64,000 nt of DNA from NCBI RefSeq assembly GCF_018350175.1, contig NC_058368.1:19780001-19844000 (forward strand). The letters run 5' to 3'. This document shows, one piece after another, positions 53,548-64,000 of this stretch. The stretch is from Felis catus. Lineage: Eukaryota. Position 1 is the stretch's first letter. Every line of letters begins with the position of its first letter. The notes under the pieces are model-generated. The model saw only the letters and a list, made by a program, of their open reading frames with translations, made no database searches and was not told the DNA's origin. The position numbers and the translations under genes were made by a program.

Positions 53548-53549
<2 letters not shown>

Positions 53550-54210
53550 TATATATTCTCTGCTCTTGATTCCAGTTTTTATTTTCACTTTCACTTTTAG
53601 TTTATTATGTATATTCTTGCAAGCCTCCATCAAAACTTTCTGCAATCAGGTGGGACATATAACAAAGAAAACCCACAATGATAGACAAAATCAACTTAAT
53701 TTTACAGAAGCTGATCCTATTTTGAAGGCCATTTTTATACTATAAAATTGCAGGGTTTTGAAATTATTGAGAAATTTAGAATTTTGAAATGAAATTCCAG
53801 GATAGTAGTGACTTCGGCTCAAATATTTAAATGGGGTGAGGGAGGGAGGAAAAACCTCATTTCCTAATTGTTTATAGAAGGCAAAAGGTCAAGATGCCGG
53901 CTCTTCCCACCGTTTCTGGCTGTTCTTTCCCGTCTATGAAAGGAAGGAGGTCATTAGTCCATGGGGTGAGGACGAAGGAGTCTCCACCTTACCCATGGCG
54001 ATCTCATTTGGCTTCTCTCTACCAATATATCTCATGCTCTGTCCGGACTTGCTTTATTTTTCCTTCGCACACAAGATCACAAAACCTGAAATCCCATAAG
54101 GATGATGCTGTGACCCCCAAAGATTCTTATGTTCTTACTTATGACTGTCTCCACACTTTAGCAATCAGTGACTTGAAATATGTACTTCCTTGTCATCCTT
54201 TTGTTTAAAT

Positions 54211-54605
54211 TAGCAGTTCTCAAACTCTCTGGTTCCCTTGACTCTTAAAAGTTATTAAGGACTCCATGGGTTGTATCTACTGATATTTATCAAAATAGAA
54301 ATTAAAACAGAAAATTTTAGAATATTAATTCGTTAAAATAACAATAACAGATATAGGACAGATTCATACAAATCACATTCTTTACTAAAATATCTATATT
54401 TTACAAAACAAAAAATTCAGTGGGAAGAGTGTCACGGCTTTCCATTTTTGCAAATCTCATTAACAGAGGACAGCTGAATCTTCATACCTGCGTCTGCATT
54501 CAGTCTGTACACATACTAGAAAATGAGAGTGAAACCAGCAAATAGCATCTTACTATTATTATGAAAATAGCTTTGACCTCATGGACCACAGTTTGAGAAT
54601 GACTG
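54211..54605 (-). mobile_element. Charlie1-like hAT DNA transposon (deleted derivative)
   Basis: TIRs tagcagttctcaaact / reverse complement cagtcattctcaaact. Internal gaggtcaaagctattttcataataatagtaaga on the minus strand. Confidence 0.75.
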
Positions 54606-56857
54606 CTTCCGTGTCTGACCTGACTTTCGGTTTTGACTAACCTCATTTCAGATTCTGCCGATCTGCCTGCAGAATTCAAAGAATTATTCCTGTTTGTTGA
54701 TAAATTATGAAAAGAGGCTTCTCTGGCTACATGGAAGAATTGTGGAGAATGAAACATCCTCTCTACCCAGGAACTAGAAGAGTAGGTGCCTTTTCATCCT
54801 CCTCTCAAATTGCCTAATGACCCTAATCTCTTCTGACCGCATGTATTTTAAGAAGTCGTGGGGAAGGAATACTTCTGCTGCAAACTCCCAGCTTCAGCTC
54901 CAAACTCTGTTAGAAACCCCGAGTCATATTTCTAAGAAAACTGACATGTGTCACAATATGGAAGCAAGAGAAAAGATAACTCAGGTTCACATAATAGCAG
55001 CTTTTAGCCTCTCTAGATTCGAAATATCACCTACAACAAAACCAAATTGAGGCCTACAAATTCTTCCTATCAACTCTCGTTCAAATTCAGGTTTACACAC
55101 AAAACACACAAAGGCCATTTCAAGGTTTTTCCACACATTAACCACAGGACTGGCTGCTTCCTCTCCAGGTTTGCCTGGGTGCTTACTGGTTTACCTGTAC
55201 CCATCTTTCTTCACATGGATGGTAACTCATTTTTGTGCTTTCCTACCCCGAGTCTTCCAACACCGAATGCAAGTAACCAGATACTGTCGGTTTCAATAAT
55301 ATCTCTCCCAAAAGAATGGCAGGGAGAAGGTAAAAGAAAAAAGATAAACAGGTTTGAATGTAATGACTTTCAAGACCGCCTCTGGCAAATTTCAGAACCT
55401 TAAGGACAAGCGCTCTTGGAAGTTATTCAACGAATGGGGAATATCCTCTCAAGGCCAAAACCTGAAGCCAGAACACTAATGTGTTACACGAAGAAAGCTG
55501 CCAAAGTATTCTCAGCCCCCAATACCCTTCACGGAGGGGAACAGAGATCACAGATTTTCAGTTAACAGCTCTACACCACGAAAGTTCTGCTGTAACATTA
55601 AATGGCAAATTACTTGAGAGATCAGTTTACACAACGCCTAGTTGCTCAAACTTATTTTTTAAAACAAAAAGAGCCTCAGAAATTTTGACCAAATTATTCT
55701 GAACAAAAAAGCTGCCACCTGCTGAATCGAAAACTGTTTACAGGTGATGTCGTGAAATTTGGCCTGCTCGTCAAGGCCGGCAACTACTGTTCCTACTTAG
55801 GAAAGCAGCTAGACGTTTGGATCTTTGGTTTTTTCGTTCCAGATTTCCTGGAATTCTAGAGTTTCTAAGGGGTCCTAGAGATTGCCTAGCACAGTGACTC
55901 ATTCTTTAAATTAACTGAAGTCCTGAGATCCTAAGGGACTTGTCCAAGGTCATAGGCTTACTTGACTGCAGAGCCCAAGGTTAAAACATGGGTCTCTCTC
56001 TTGTTTTTTCTTTTTTTTTTCATCTACTGATCTCTTGATTCACACAAACCTCAACGAGCCTCTTCAAAAGGATACTGAAACCCAGGCAAATGTCTCACTG
56101 AATTGCTCTGAGCAAAGGAAAACATTCTACTGCAAATTCCGAAATCACCTGGTTCTTCAGAGAATCCACGTAACAGTACATTACAACAAACATGAAAGAA
56201 AGTTGAGCACCAAGTACCACTAATGACCCTGTCATTACTCCATTACCTGAGTGTGACACCTGGAGGCAGGACTAACTGGTATGCCAGGGACACCCATCCT
56301 GTAGACGCCAGCCGTCCCCAGCACCGGCTAACTTAACACTGGCTGAAAATGAGCGTGGCCTAGGACCGATCTCTGCCAACCACCCCTTCCCTCCACTCCA
56401 TTTCTCCTACACATTTACTCATCAGATCCTTACCGTCCCTCTTGAACCCATGCCCTTTCCAATCCAACTCCAAGTAAACCACCTTTGTCCTCGACGGGGC
56501 CACACCACACCTTGTTCCCTCCCCTTCTGGGCTGGTTTCTCTTTTCCCAGGAAACGGTTCCCTTTCTCCAAACTCCATCACTTTTTAAACCTATCCTTCC
56601 AGGCAAGGTTGAATGGTGTGTGTTCACAAGGCAGAACGGGTCTTTCATTTGCTGAAACTCAAGAGACTGTGCAGATCTTTCATGCTATTATTGTTCACAG
56701 TCTGCATTAAATTAAAGCTATGATCACATTATTTTATCTTATAGATTTTAAGTAGAAAGGAATGGAGTTTCTGTTTTCTTAATACCTTGTCTCCCATAGA
56801 CGAGCATTTCTGTCAAAAACGTATAAAAGCAAATCAATATTTATAAACAAACATTCC

Positions 56858-57067
56858 TTTTTTTTTTTTTAAGTCCTTGCCTATTTACTTATTATTTAAT
56901 TTTAAAGAGAAAGAGCATGGGCAGGGGAGAGATGCAGAGAAAGAAAGAGAGAAAATCTCAAGCAAGTCCCACTCTCAGCATGGATGGAGCCTGACGCAGG
57001 GCTCGATCCCACAACCCTGGGATCATGAGCTGAAATCAAGAGTCAGATGTGAGCCACCCAGCACCCC
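56858..57067 (-). mobile_element. Older Can-SINE
   Basis: Poly-T, GA-rich body and gagccacccagcacccc. Confidence 0.85.
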
Positions 57068-57534
57068 TCATTTGTTTGTTTGTTTGTTTGTTTGTTTGTT
57101 TTTTAAATATCAAGTCAAGATTTAATTGTACTAATATTATAAACACCCCTTACTCAAGGCCTTCCCACTGTCAGTGCTTCCGTCTTAAACATTCTTTTCC
57201 CAGATTTCAGTATGATTCACCACTCAACCTTCAAGGTCTCTGCTCAAGTTACACCTTCTCAAGGTAGCTTAACATGTCCAGCCTTTTGAAAACTGCAACC
57301 TCTCTCCTCTACCTCACCCTCACATTCCCAATCCCCCTTACTCTGCTCTGTTTTTCCCATAGCATCTATCACCTTCTAACATACATAAATTATTATATTT
57401 TTGGTTTACTAAATGCAACATACACAAGGAGAGGGACTGAGGGTGGGGGTGGTGGTGGTCATTAATATATCTCAAACACTGAGAACCCTCGCTGGCACAT
57501 AGAAGCGACTCAACAGATATTTTTTAAATGTAAT

Positions 57535-57739
57535 TTTTTTTAGTGTTTATTTTTTGAAGGAGAGAGAGAGCACGTGAGCAGGGGAGGGGCAGAGAGAGAG
57601 GGAGACACAGAATCTGAAGCAGGCTCCAGGTTCTGAGCTGTCAGCACAGAGCCCAATGCAGGGCGCGAACTCACGATCCGCAAGATCGGGACCTGAGCCG
57701 AAGTCGGATGCTTAATCGACTGAGACACCCAGGTGCCCC
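57535..57739 (-). mobile_element. Can-SINE (at the end of an L2 fragment)
   Basis: Complete head, body and tail. Confidence 0.92.
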
Positions 57740-59042
57740 TCAATAGGCTTTTTTTTTAAAAGAATTGAATGAAAAAAAGAAAATGTTATTTTAAAGAAAT
57801 TTTAAGTTATTTTAAGTAAAATGTTATTTTAAGCTCATGATTAATACTTTTGAAATGTGTGGAAATCATAATATGTAATATGCTCTATGTATAATATTTT
57901 TTAGTAATGGCTGCAGCAAATATGCCTACCTGCAGTAGGTTTGAATAAAAATATGTACCATCATTGGACATCCAAATAATTTGTCAAAAAAGAAAGAGAG
58001 CCTAATTGCCAAGCTATTACTTTCTGTAATCAATGCCAAATACACTTTTAACTCAAATCTCAATACTAATCAATGTTTTACTTCCTAGGTCAATAGGAAA
58101 ACACAAAATGTATTGCTCTTTTTAAAACCTGAGGTGTAATTGACATAACATTATATTAGTTTCAGGTGTACAATGTAAGATCAATATTTGTATATACTGT
58201 GATGTGTTGCTTTACAGAGTTAACTGGTTCTAATCATGGCCTCAGTGCTAAAATGTTAAATGACCTTTTTCTGGATTTAAATTCACAAATTTTCAACCTG
58301 AACATTATTCAAACCAATAAAAATGAAGATAGCAAAGTAATAAGCAAAAACAGAAAGCAAATATTACAAAAAAAAAAAAAAAAAAACCAGTTTCACTAGC
58401 CCCCAAAAAGGTGCTCACAAGAAACAAACTGGTTTAAAAATTATGATTTTAAAAACTTATCTTTAAACTTAGATGGCAAATAATTATGTAACAAATCATA
58501 CTTTTTAATTTCAAATAAAATTATTAGCCTTATCAAAAAGTAAGCTAAAGTTCATCTCTTCTGGAAATGAATAGAATTTTTACTGTAAAAGTAATAATTA
58601 CCATTTATTAAGTCTTTTATATAAATGATCTCTTGTAATCCTCATAAAAATCCCAAGAGGCACATATCAATATTCCCAATCTACAATGAGTAAATTAAGG
58701 CCTGTGTAAAGTTAACCAACTTGCCCAATATTATCCAGCTAAAAAACTTTAGAGCTAGGATTCAGATGCAGATTTCTCTGGAAGCAAAGTTCACACCTCA
58801 ACCACCAGGACACCCACCCCTGATATTTGCCCCTGATGCATGAAGGCAAAGTGTGCTGACAGTGGTCTCTACCAGGATCTATGAATAAGCCCTACCTGAG
58901 GCAGTGAGGAGAGTACACTCGCTCCCTCCACAGCAAAGAGCTGACAGGAAACAAGGGCTTCTAGAAGGCCCACTAGACCGTAAGAATGAAAGGGAAAGGA
59001 CCAAGAACTTCTGGAGAAACACAGATGAAACTGACTGGTTTT

Positions 59043-59240
59043 GGGGTGCCTGGGTGGCTCAGTCAGTTAAGTGTCCTACTGTAGCTCAGGTCATATTCTG
59101 ATGGCTTGTGAGTTTGAGCCCTCCATCAGGCTCTGTGCTGACAGCTCAGAGCCTGGAGCCTGTTGTGGATTCTGTCTCCATCTCTCTCCACCCCTACCCC
59201 GCTCATGCTCTGTCTCTCTCTCTCAAAAATAAACATTAAA
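59043..59240 (+). mobile_element. Can-SINE
   Basis: ggggtgcctgggtggctcagtcagttaag...caaaaataaacatt. Confidence 0.92.
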
Positions 59241-59560
59241 TGCATATAATATGCATATAATATACTTGCTGCCTTCAAGTTGCTCAGGCAATGGAGGTTA
59301 AGAAAACAAGGAAATCAGCATTTATGAAATGTCTCTTATTTACCAGACACTTTCAGGAACTCTATGTGTTATTTCATTTGATACACAATCATATACATGA
59401 CACATACATGTAAACTAGTACGTATCACTAAATACTAAAGTAAAAATTTGAACTAAGTGCTATGAGAACCCTTAAGAACCTTTTAACCCTGCCCTGGAGG
59501 ACAGCAGGCTTCTCATAAGAATGGGTTTGGGGCTTTAAGCCAATTCTTAAAGGCAGGAAA

Positions 59561-59776
59561 GGGGCATCTGAGTGGATTAGTCAGTTATGCGTCTGACTCT
59601 TGGTTTCGGCTCAGGTCATGATCTCACGGTTTCATGAGTTCAAGCCCCACATCAGGCTCTGTGCTGACAGTGTGAAGCCTGCTTGGGATTCTCTGTCTCC
59701 CTCTCCCTCCGCCCCTCCCCGACTTGTGCTATCTGTGTCTCTCTCAAAACAAATAAACTTAAAAAAAAAAAAAAAA
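59561..59776 (+). mobile_element. Can-SINE
   Basis: ggggcatctgagtgg...gagttcaagcccc...poly(A). Confidence 0.9.
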
Positions 59777-60855
59777 GGCAAGAGAGGAGTTACTTGAGAA
59801 GGAAACAGAAGGTCTGGAACATTCTATGTCCATGGGCATTGATGTGTGAACCAAATGAGTCAGATATCTGGGTAGAAGAGTTGTGATAGATGAGGCTGAT
59901 GAAATGGGTAGAACTGAGGAATGTGAATTTTATACTTCTGGAAGTTGCTGAGAGTCTATAAAGAGGAGTGACATAATTACACCAGAATTCTGAATATCTG
60001 GTGGCAGAGGAGCTAGGGGGAAACTAGAGACAAGAGATAGTAGGAGTAATGTGGGGCTTTAATCCAGCAGCCGAAGCCAATGTGCATGAGACAGAAATTT
60101 TAAAGGTACCAGTGAGAACAGACATTGAGGGAGAGCCTGAGGACTGTTCTGAGGTCAGCGGGCCAGGGCAGTGATGCAAACTTGCAGGCTGCAAGCTCGG
60201 AGGGGAAATGTGGCTCTACTATAATTCCTATATCTGGTTGGGGCTACTCAGTAATGCCAATTTACTAAAGGGAAAAGGAGAAAGAGCATATGCTGGGGAA
60301 AAGGCAATGCTTTCTATTTAGAATACGCTAAACCAGAGGTGTCCTAGAGACTCCCAGGTAGGGATGCCAAGGGCATCAAGAGTCAGAGGTCAGGCTCAGG
60401 AGGACAGAATGGGCCCTGGTCTTGAGAACCAAAGATGTAGGGATTACCAGGCTGTAGGAGTAGAACACAAAGAAAGAGAAAGAGCACAAGGCAGGGCCCC
60501 AGAAGTGCTGACATCTTGGGCTCTACCAGAGAAAGGAAGAGCCAGTAGGAAAATCTAGACAGAACTCAAGGTTGACTAAATTTAAAATACCATACCAAAT
60601 ACCCAACCATGAAACCACGCAATCCACTGAAAGGCACCTGTCCAGCTCTTTTCCCTCCTATCCATGGTAGACAAGCTCTTGGCAGAAAAACCTGCCCTGT
60701 TGTGACTTCTCCCCATTCCAGGAAACCAGCTGGACCTGAGTTACTGCTGAGGATGGAAAAACAGTACTGTTCTATGTGTCAATATGGTTAGCAGTCTTTT
60801 TGCCACTGTGTAATTTGTTTCAATGAGCTTAAGGTCTCATACTGATTTTCTTATA

Positions 60856-61075
60856 TATTTTTAATTTTTTTTAATTGTTTTTTTTATTTTTGAAACAGAG
60901 AGACAGAGCATTACCAGGGGAGAGAAAGAGAGAGAGAGAGACACGGAATGCAAAGCAGGCTCTAGGCTCTGAGCTCTCAGCACAGAGCCCGACACGGGAC
61001 TTGAACCCATGAACTGCAAGATCATGACCTGAGCTGAAGTCGGCCGCTTAAGTGACTGAACCACCCAGGTGCCCC
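60856..61075 (-). mobile_element. Can-SINE
   Basis: Complete element ending ccacccaggtgcccc on the plus strand. Confidence 0.92.
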
Positions 61076-62439
61076 ACTGATCATTATCTTCTGACACTAA
61101 ACTAGTATATATAAAAATACAACATTCACTGATAACTGAGAGAAGAGTTATTCCCCCATCCGTGAGGAGGCAGAACTGGAGACAAGTGGATTACAGAGCC
61201 TACATTCAAGGTGTAATGCCATAGGAGCAGCAAATAAACAGGGAGGGGCACAAACAAAAACTCCTTCAGGCTACCACTACCCTGAGTCACTGGAGCATCC
61301 TATAGTAAAACAAAGAAACACAGCCCTGCACTGAACCCCCACTGAACCCCAGGGACCAGGGCATACCTAATGCCACTCCCCTCTCCACTGTCATAAGCTT
61401 CGAGCCCCATGCAGGCAGCCTGTTTTCAAGAGTGTCTCAGATCACTGTGTGGGTGCAGTAGCACCAGGTGATAGCAATCCAGGGACAGTAAGGGCTATAA
61501 AAAAATAACTGCTTCTTTCACATATTTCGGCTCTAGTGAGTTCTCAAGCTTTATAGCAAAAGCATAAATGTCAGATGGCTCTTTGGGGGGTCGGTTTCAT
61601 GACCGCTGTTGTCAAGGAACTTTAGGAGGAATGCCTTCAAAGGTGATTTATGTGGAAATGCCACATTGGTCCCTCTGGGCTCTGAACTTTGCCATCTAAA
61701 TATCAGTGACATGAGAACCATGGCCCAGCTCTATAGTTTATATAAAAGATTAACTCCAAGTGAAAATCAGCACAATATTCGTGCACACAGAAAATATTCT
61801 CATATGCCTGGATGGAAATGGTTAAGAAAAGATTCATGAAACAAGACTGATTCCCAGTGTTGTAAAAATCTGCAGGACCACAGACAGCTGCCTGGACATT
61901 GGTCTATAAAACTCAGACTCCTAAATGAATAGAAAGTGACAGAGCCCTGATGGCTGGTAGCACCCCCTCCTCCCACACTTCTTCGTCTACTAGAGTGAGG
62001 GTGTCTCTTGTGATAAGAAATTTGCCACACCTTCTCCAAATATCATTCAGAGCATCTTCAGTAATCTGCACACCTCTCTGAGTTTAACCTTTTCCTGGGT
62101 GATGAAGGTTAAAATGGCAACAACTTAGATGAGAAATTTTTTGGCAGAAAAATTAGTACTTGAGAATCCCTGTTTTTTTGCAAATCACTGGTGAATTACT
62201 GTGGTGAGGCAGCAAAGATCAAAGATAGGACCAGAAATAAGTTGAACCATCCTATGGCGGATGCCACCATTAAGATGCTTCCTCCCCTTAGAACTGGCCT
62301 GCGAAATCCACATGACATGGACTTTCACCAAGTCTTCCCAGTGAAGAAGGACTTTTCCTTCTTGGAAACTTGGAAGTCTTGGAAAATTTCTGTTTTCCAA
62401 TGGAAGATGCTGTTGTTGCTAATGACAACGATGTGGAAA

Positions 62440-62700
62440 GCAGCCAATATCATGAAGCACTTGATATGCATGGGCACTGTTCGAAGTGCTTTATGTCTAC
62501 TATGTCAGATAATCCTCACAACTCTGTAAAACAGTTATATTCTCCCCATTTTGCAGATGAGGAAACTGAAGCACAGAGAGTACAGCAACTTGTCCAGGAT
62601 GACACAACTTGTGGGGAGCTGTGATTGAATTAGAGCTGTGATTAAATTCAGGCAGTCTGATTCCAGTGCCTATGGTCTTAACCTCTATATACTATCAATG
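62440..62700 (-). mobile_element. MIR
   Basis: ccccattttgcagatgaggaaactgaagcacagagag...caacttgtccagga is the MIR core. Confidence 0.85.
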
Positions 62701-62714
62701 CAACAGATGACACT

Positions 62715-63990
62715 AATTAACTCACTCATTAATTTCTCTGCAAATATTTACAGAGCACTTACAATTCATGGGCACTGCGCTGAGTGTCAAGGATATAACA
62801 AAGAGTCAAGCAGATACAGTCACTGCCTTGTGGAGCTTATGCTGACTATTCATATTAATCAAGTAATCACACAAACAAGTATAAAATGGCAACTATGACA
62901 GTTGCTACAGAGGAGGGGCACTCAGTGCTATGAACACCTATAATCCAGTAATAGGAACTATTGGAAAATCAAGGAAGACCTCCCCAAGGCAATGAAACTG
63001 AAACTGAGACCTGACGGATGAGCATTAAGTGGACAAGGAGAAAGGAAGCTCATTCAAGGCAGAGGCTCCATGAAAGGAAGGAAGCTGGTGAGCATAAGCA
63101 ACCAAAAGTGGCCAAGGCTGAAACTCCAGAAGGGACAGCATGGAGCAAAAGGAGGATGTGGAGAATGGGACCCTGCCGGGTCACACGGGCCAAGTGAGGA
63201 CTCTGGGCCTGTGTACTACGAGCAAGGGAAAGCCACTAAAGTATTTGGCAGGGGATATGACAAGATCAAACGTGTATTTTGAAAAGATTTTTCTAGGTCC
63301 AATATGGAAAACAGACTGGAGGAGGTAGAACGGACATGGGATGATCAGTGAGGAGGTCAACTGGGGGGTCCAAAGAGGCGAGATAAGCAGGGTGATGGGG
63401 TGGGGGAGGGTTGATAACAATGATGGTGATGATGTAGTGGAAGCTGAGAGGTATTTAGGAGGTAAAAACCAGTAAGTGATGGACTGGGCAGAGTCGAGTG
63501 AGAGTCAAGCAAAGAGGAGGGAGGATGACTCCAAAGAGACCTGGCTCACACAACCGAGTGGACAGTGGTTACACAGGGAATGCTGAGAAAGACCAGATAT
63601 GTACGGAGGCACAGGAGTCCGATTTTGGACCCGGTGAATTGGAGGTTCCTTTGAGATATTCAATAGGAAATATGAAGGAGTGGGAATGTCAGACAAAAGG
63701 TCTGAACAGAGATAAAAAAAAGTTGAGAGTTATTGTCACATGGGCAGCAAACGATGCCATGACATAGGCAAGGCATCCCAGAGAGGGAAGAAATGAGAGC
63801 CTAGAAGCAACACTGAACCAAAGCTGGCCAGAGGACATCCTAGGATGAGAACAGAGACAAAACAGAAAGTAGGAGGAAAACCAGGAAAGTGCTGCTGTGG
63901 ATGTACACGGAGACTACTTCAGGAAGAAACGGCAGGGCGAACTGCTGCAGGCAGGTCAGACATGATGCCGACTTAAAAATGTCAGCTGGA
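62715..63990 (-). mobile_element. L2 fragment
   Basis: Motifs caaatatttacagagcactt, ctgccttgtggagctta, ctgagacctga and gggaaagccact, in purine-rich L2 antisense sequence. Confidence 0.7.
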
Positions 63991-64000
63991 CAGGGGCGCC

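Noticed and set aside
56067..56075. Second U12-like donor GTATCCTTT on the minus strand (another lies at about 51029-51037 within L1)
   Set aside because: No associated exon or branch site was found, and a 9-mer is expected by chance at about this frequency in 64 kb.
1..64000. The many 60-164 aa ORFs in the supplied track as genes
   Set aside because: They fall in SINE, L1 or microsatellite sequence or in wrong frames, and show no recognisable domains. Only ORF 28028..28354 contains true coding frame.
38189..64000. Upstream WDFY2 exon (SPCSCMSFNPETRRL...) or promoter/CpG island
   Set aside because: I found no matching sequence or CpG island. It presumably lies beyond position 64000.

Overview
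Mammalian genomic DNA, not prokaryotic. The Can-SINEs are felid-type, so the source is most likely a cat-family carnivore. The whole window lies inside one minus-strand gene that I recognise as WDFY2 (WD repeat and FYVE domain-containing 2). Four internal coding exons (55, 151, 113 and 127 bp) splice in frame into part of the WD40 propeller. Both gene ends and the FYVE exons lie outside the window. The intron between the 151-bp and 113-bp exons is a minor-spliceosome (U12-type, GT-AG) intron. The remainder is intronic and repeat-rich: about 24 Can-SINEs, L1/L2/MIR fragments, MaLR/ERVL LTR remnants, Tigger and Charlie DNA transposon fossils, and microsatellites. Nearly all ORFs in the supplied track are spurious. 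I see no convincing new biological system. The best leads are the U12 intron and its in-frame bypass, a SINE with a tandemly amplified B-box, a patch of AT-to-GC-shifted L1 sequence, and several nested or very young insertions. Repeat subfamily names come from remembered consensus sequences, and most repeat boundaries are approximate.
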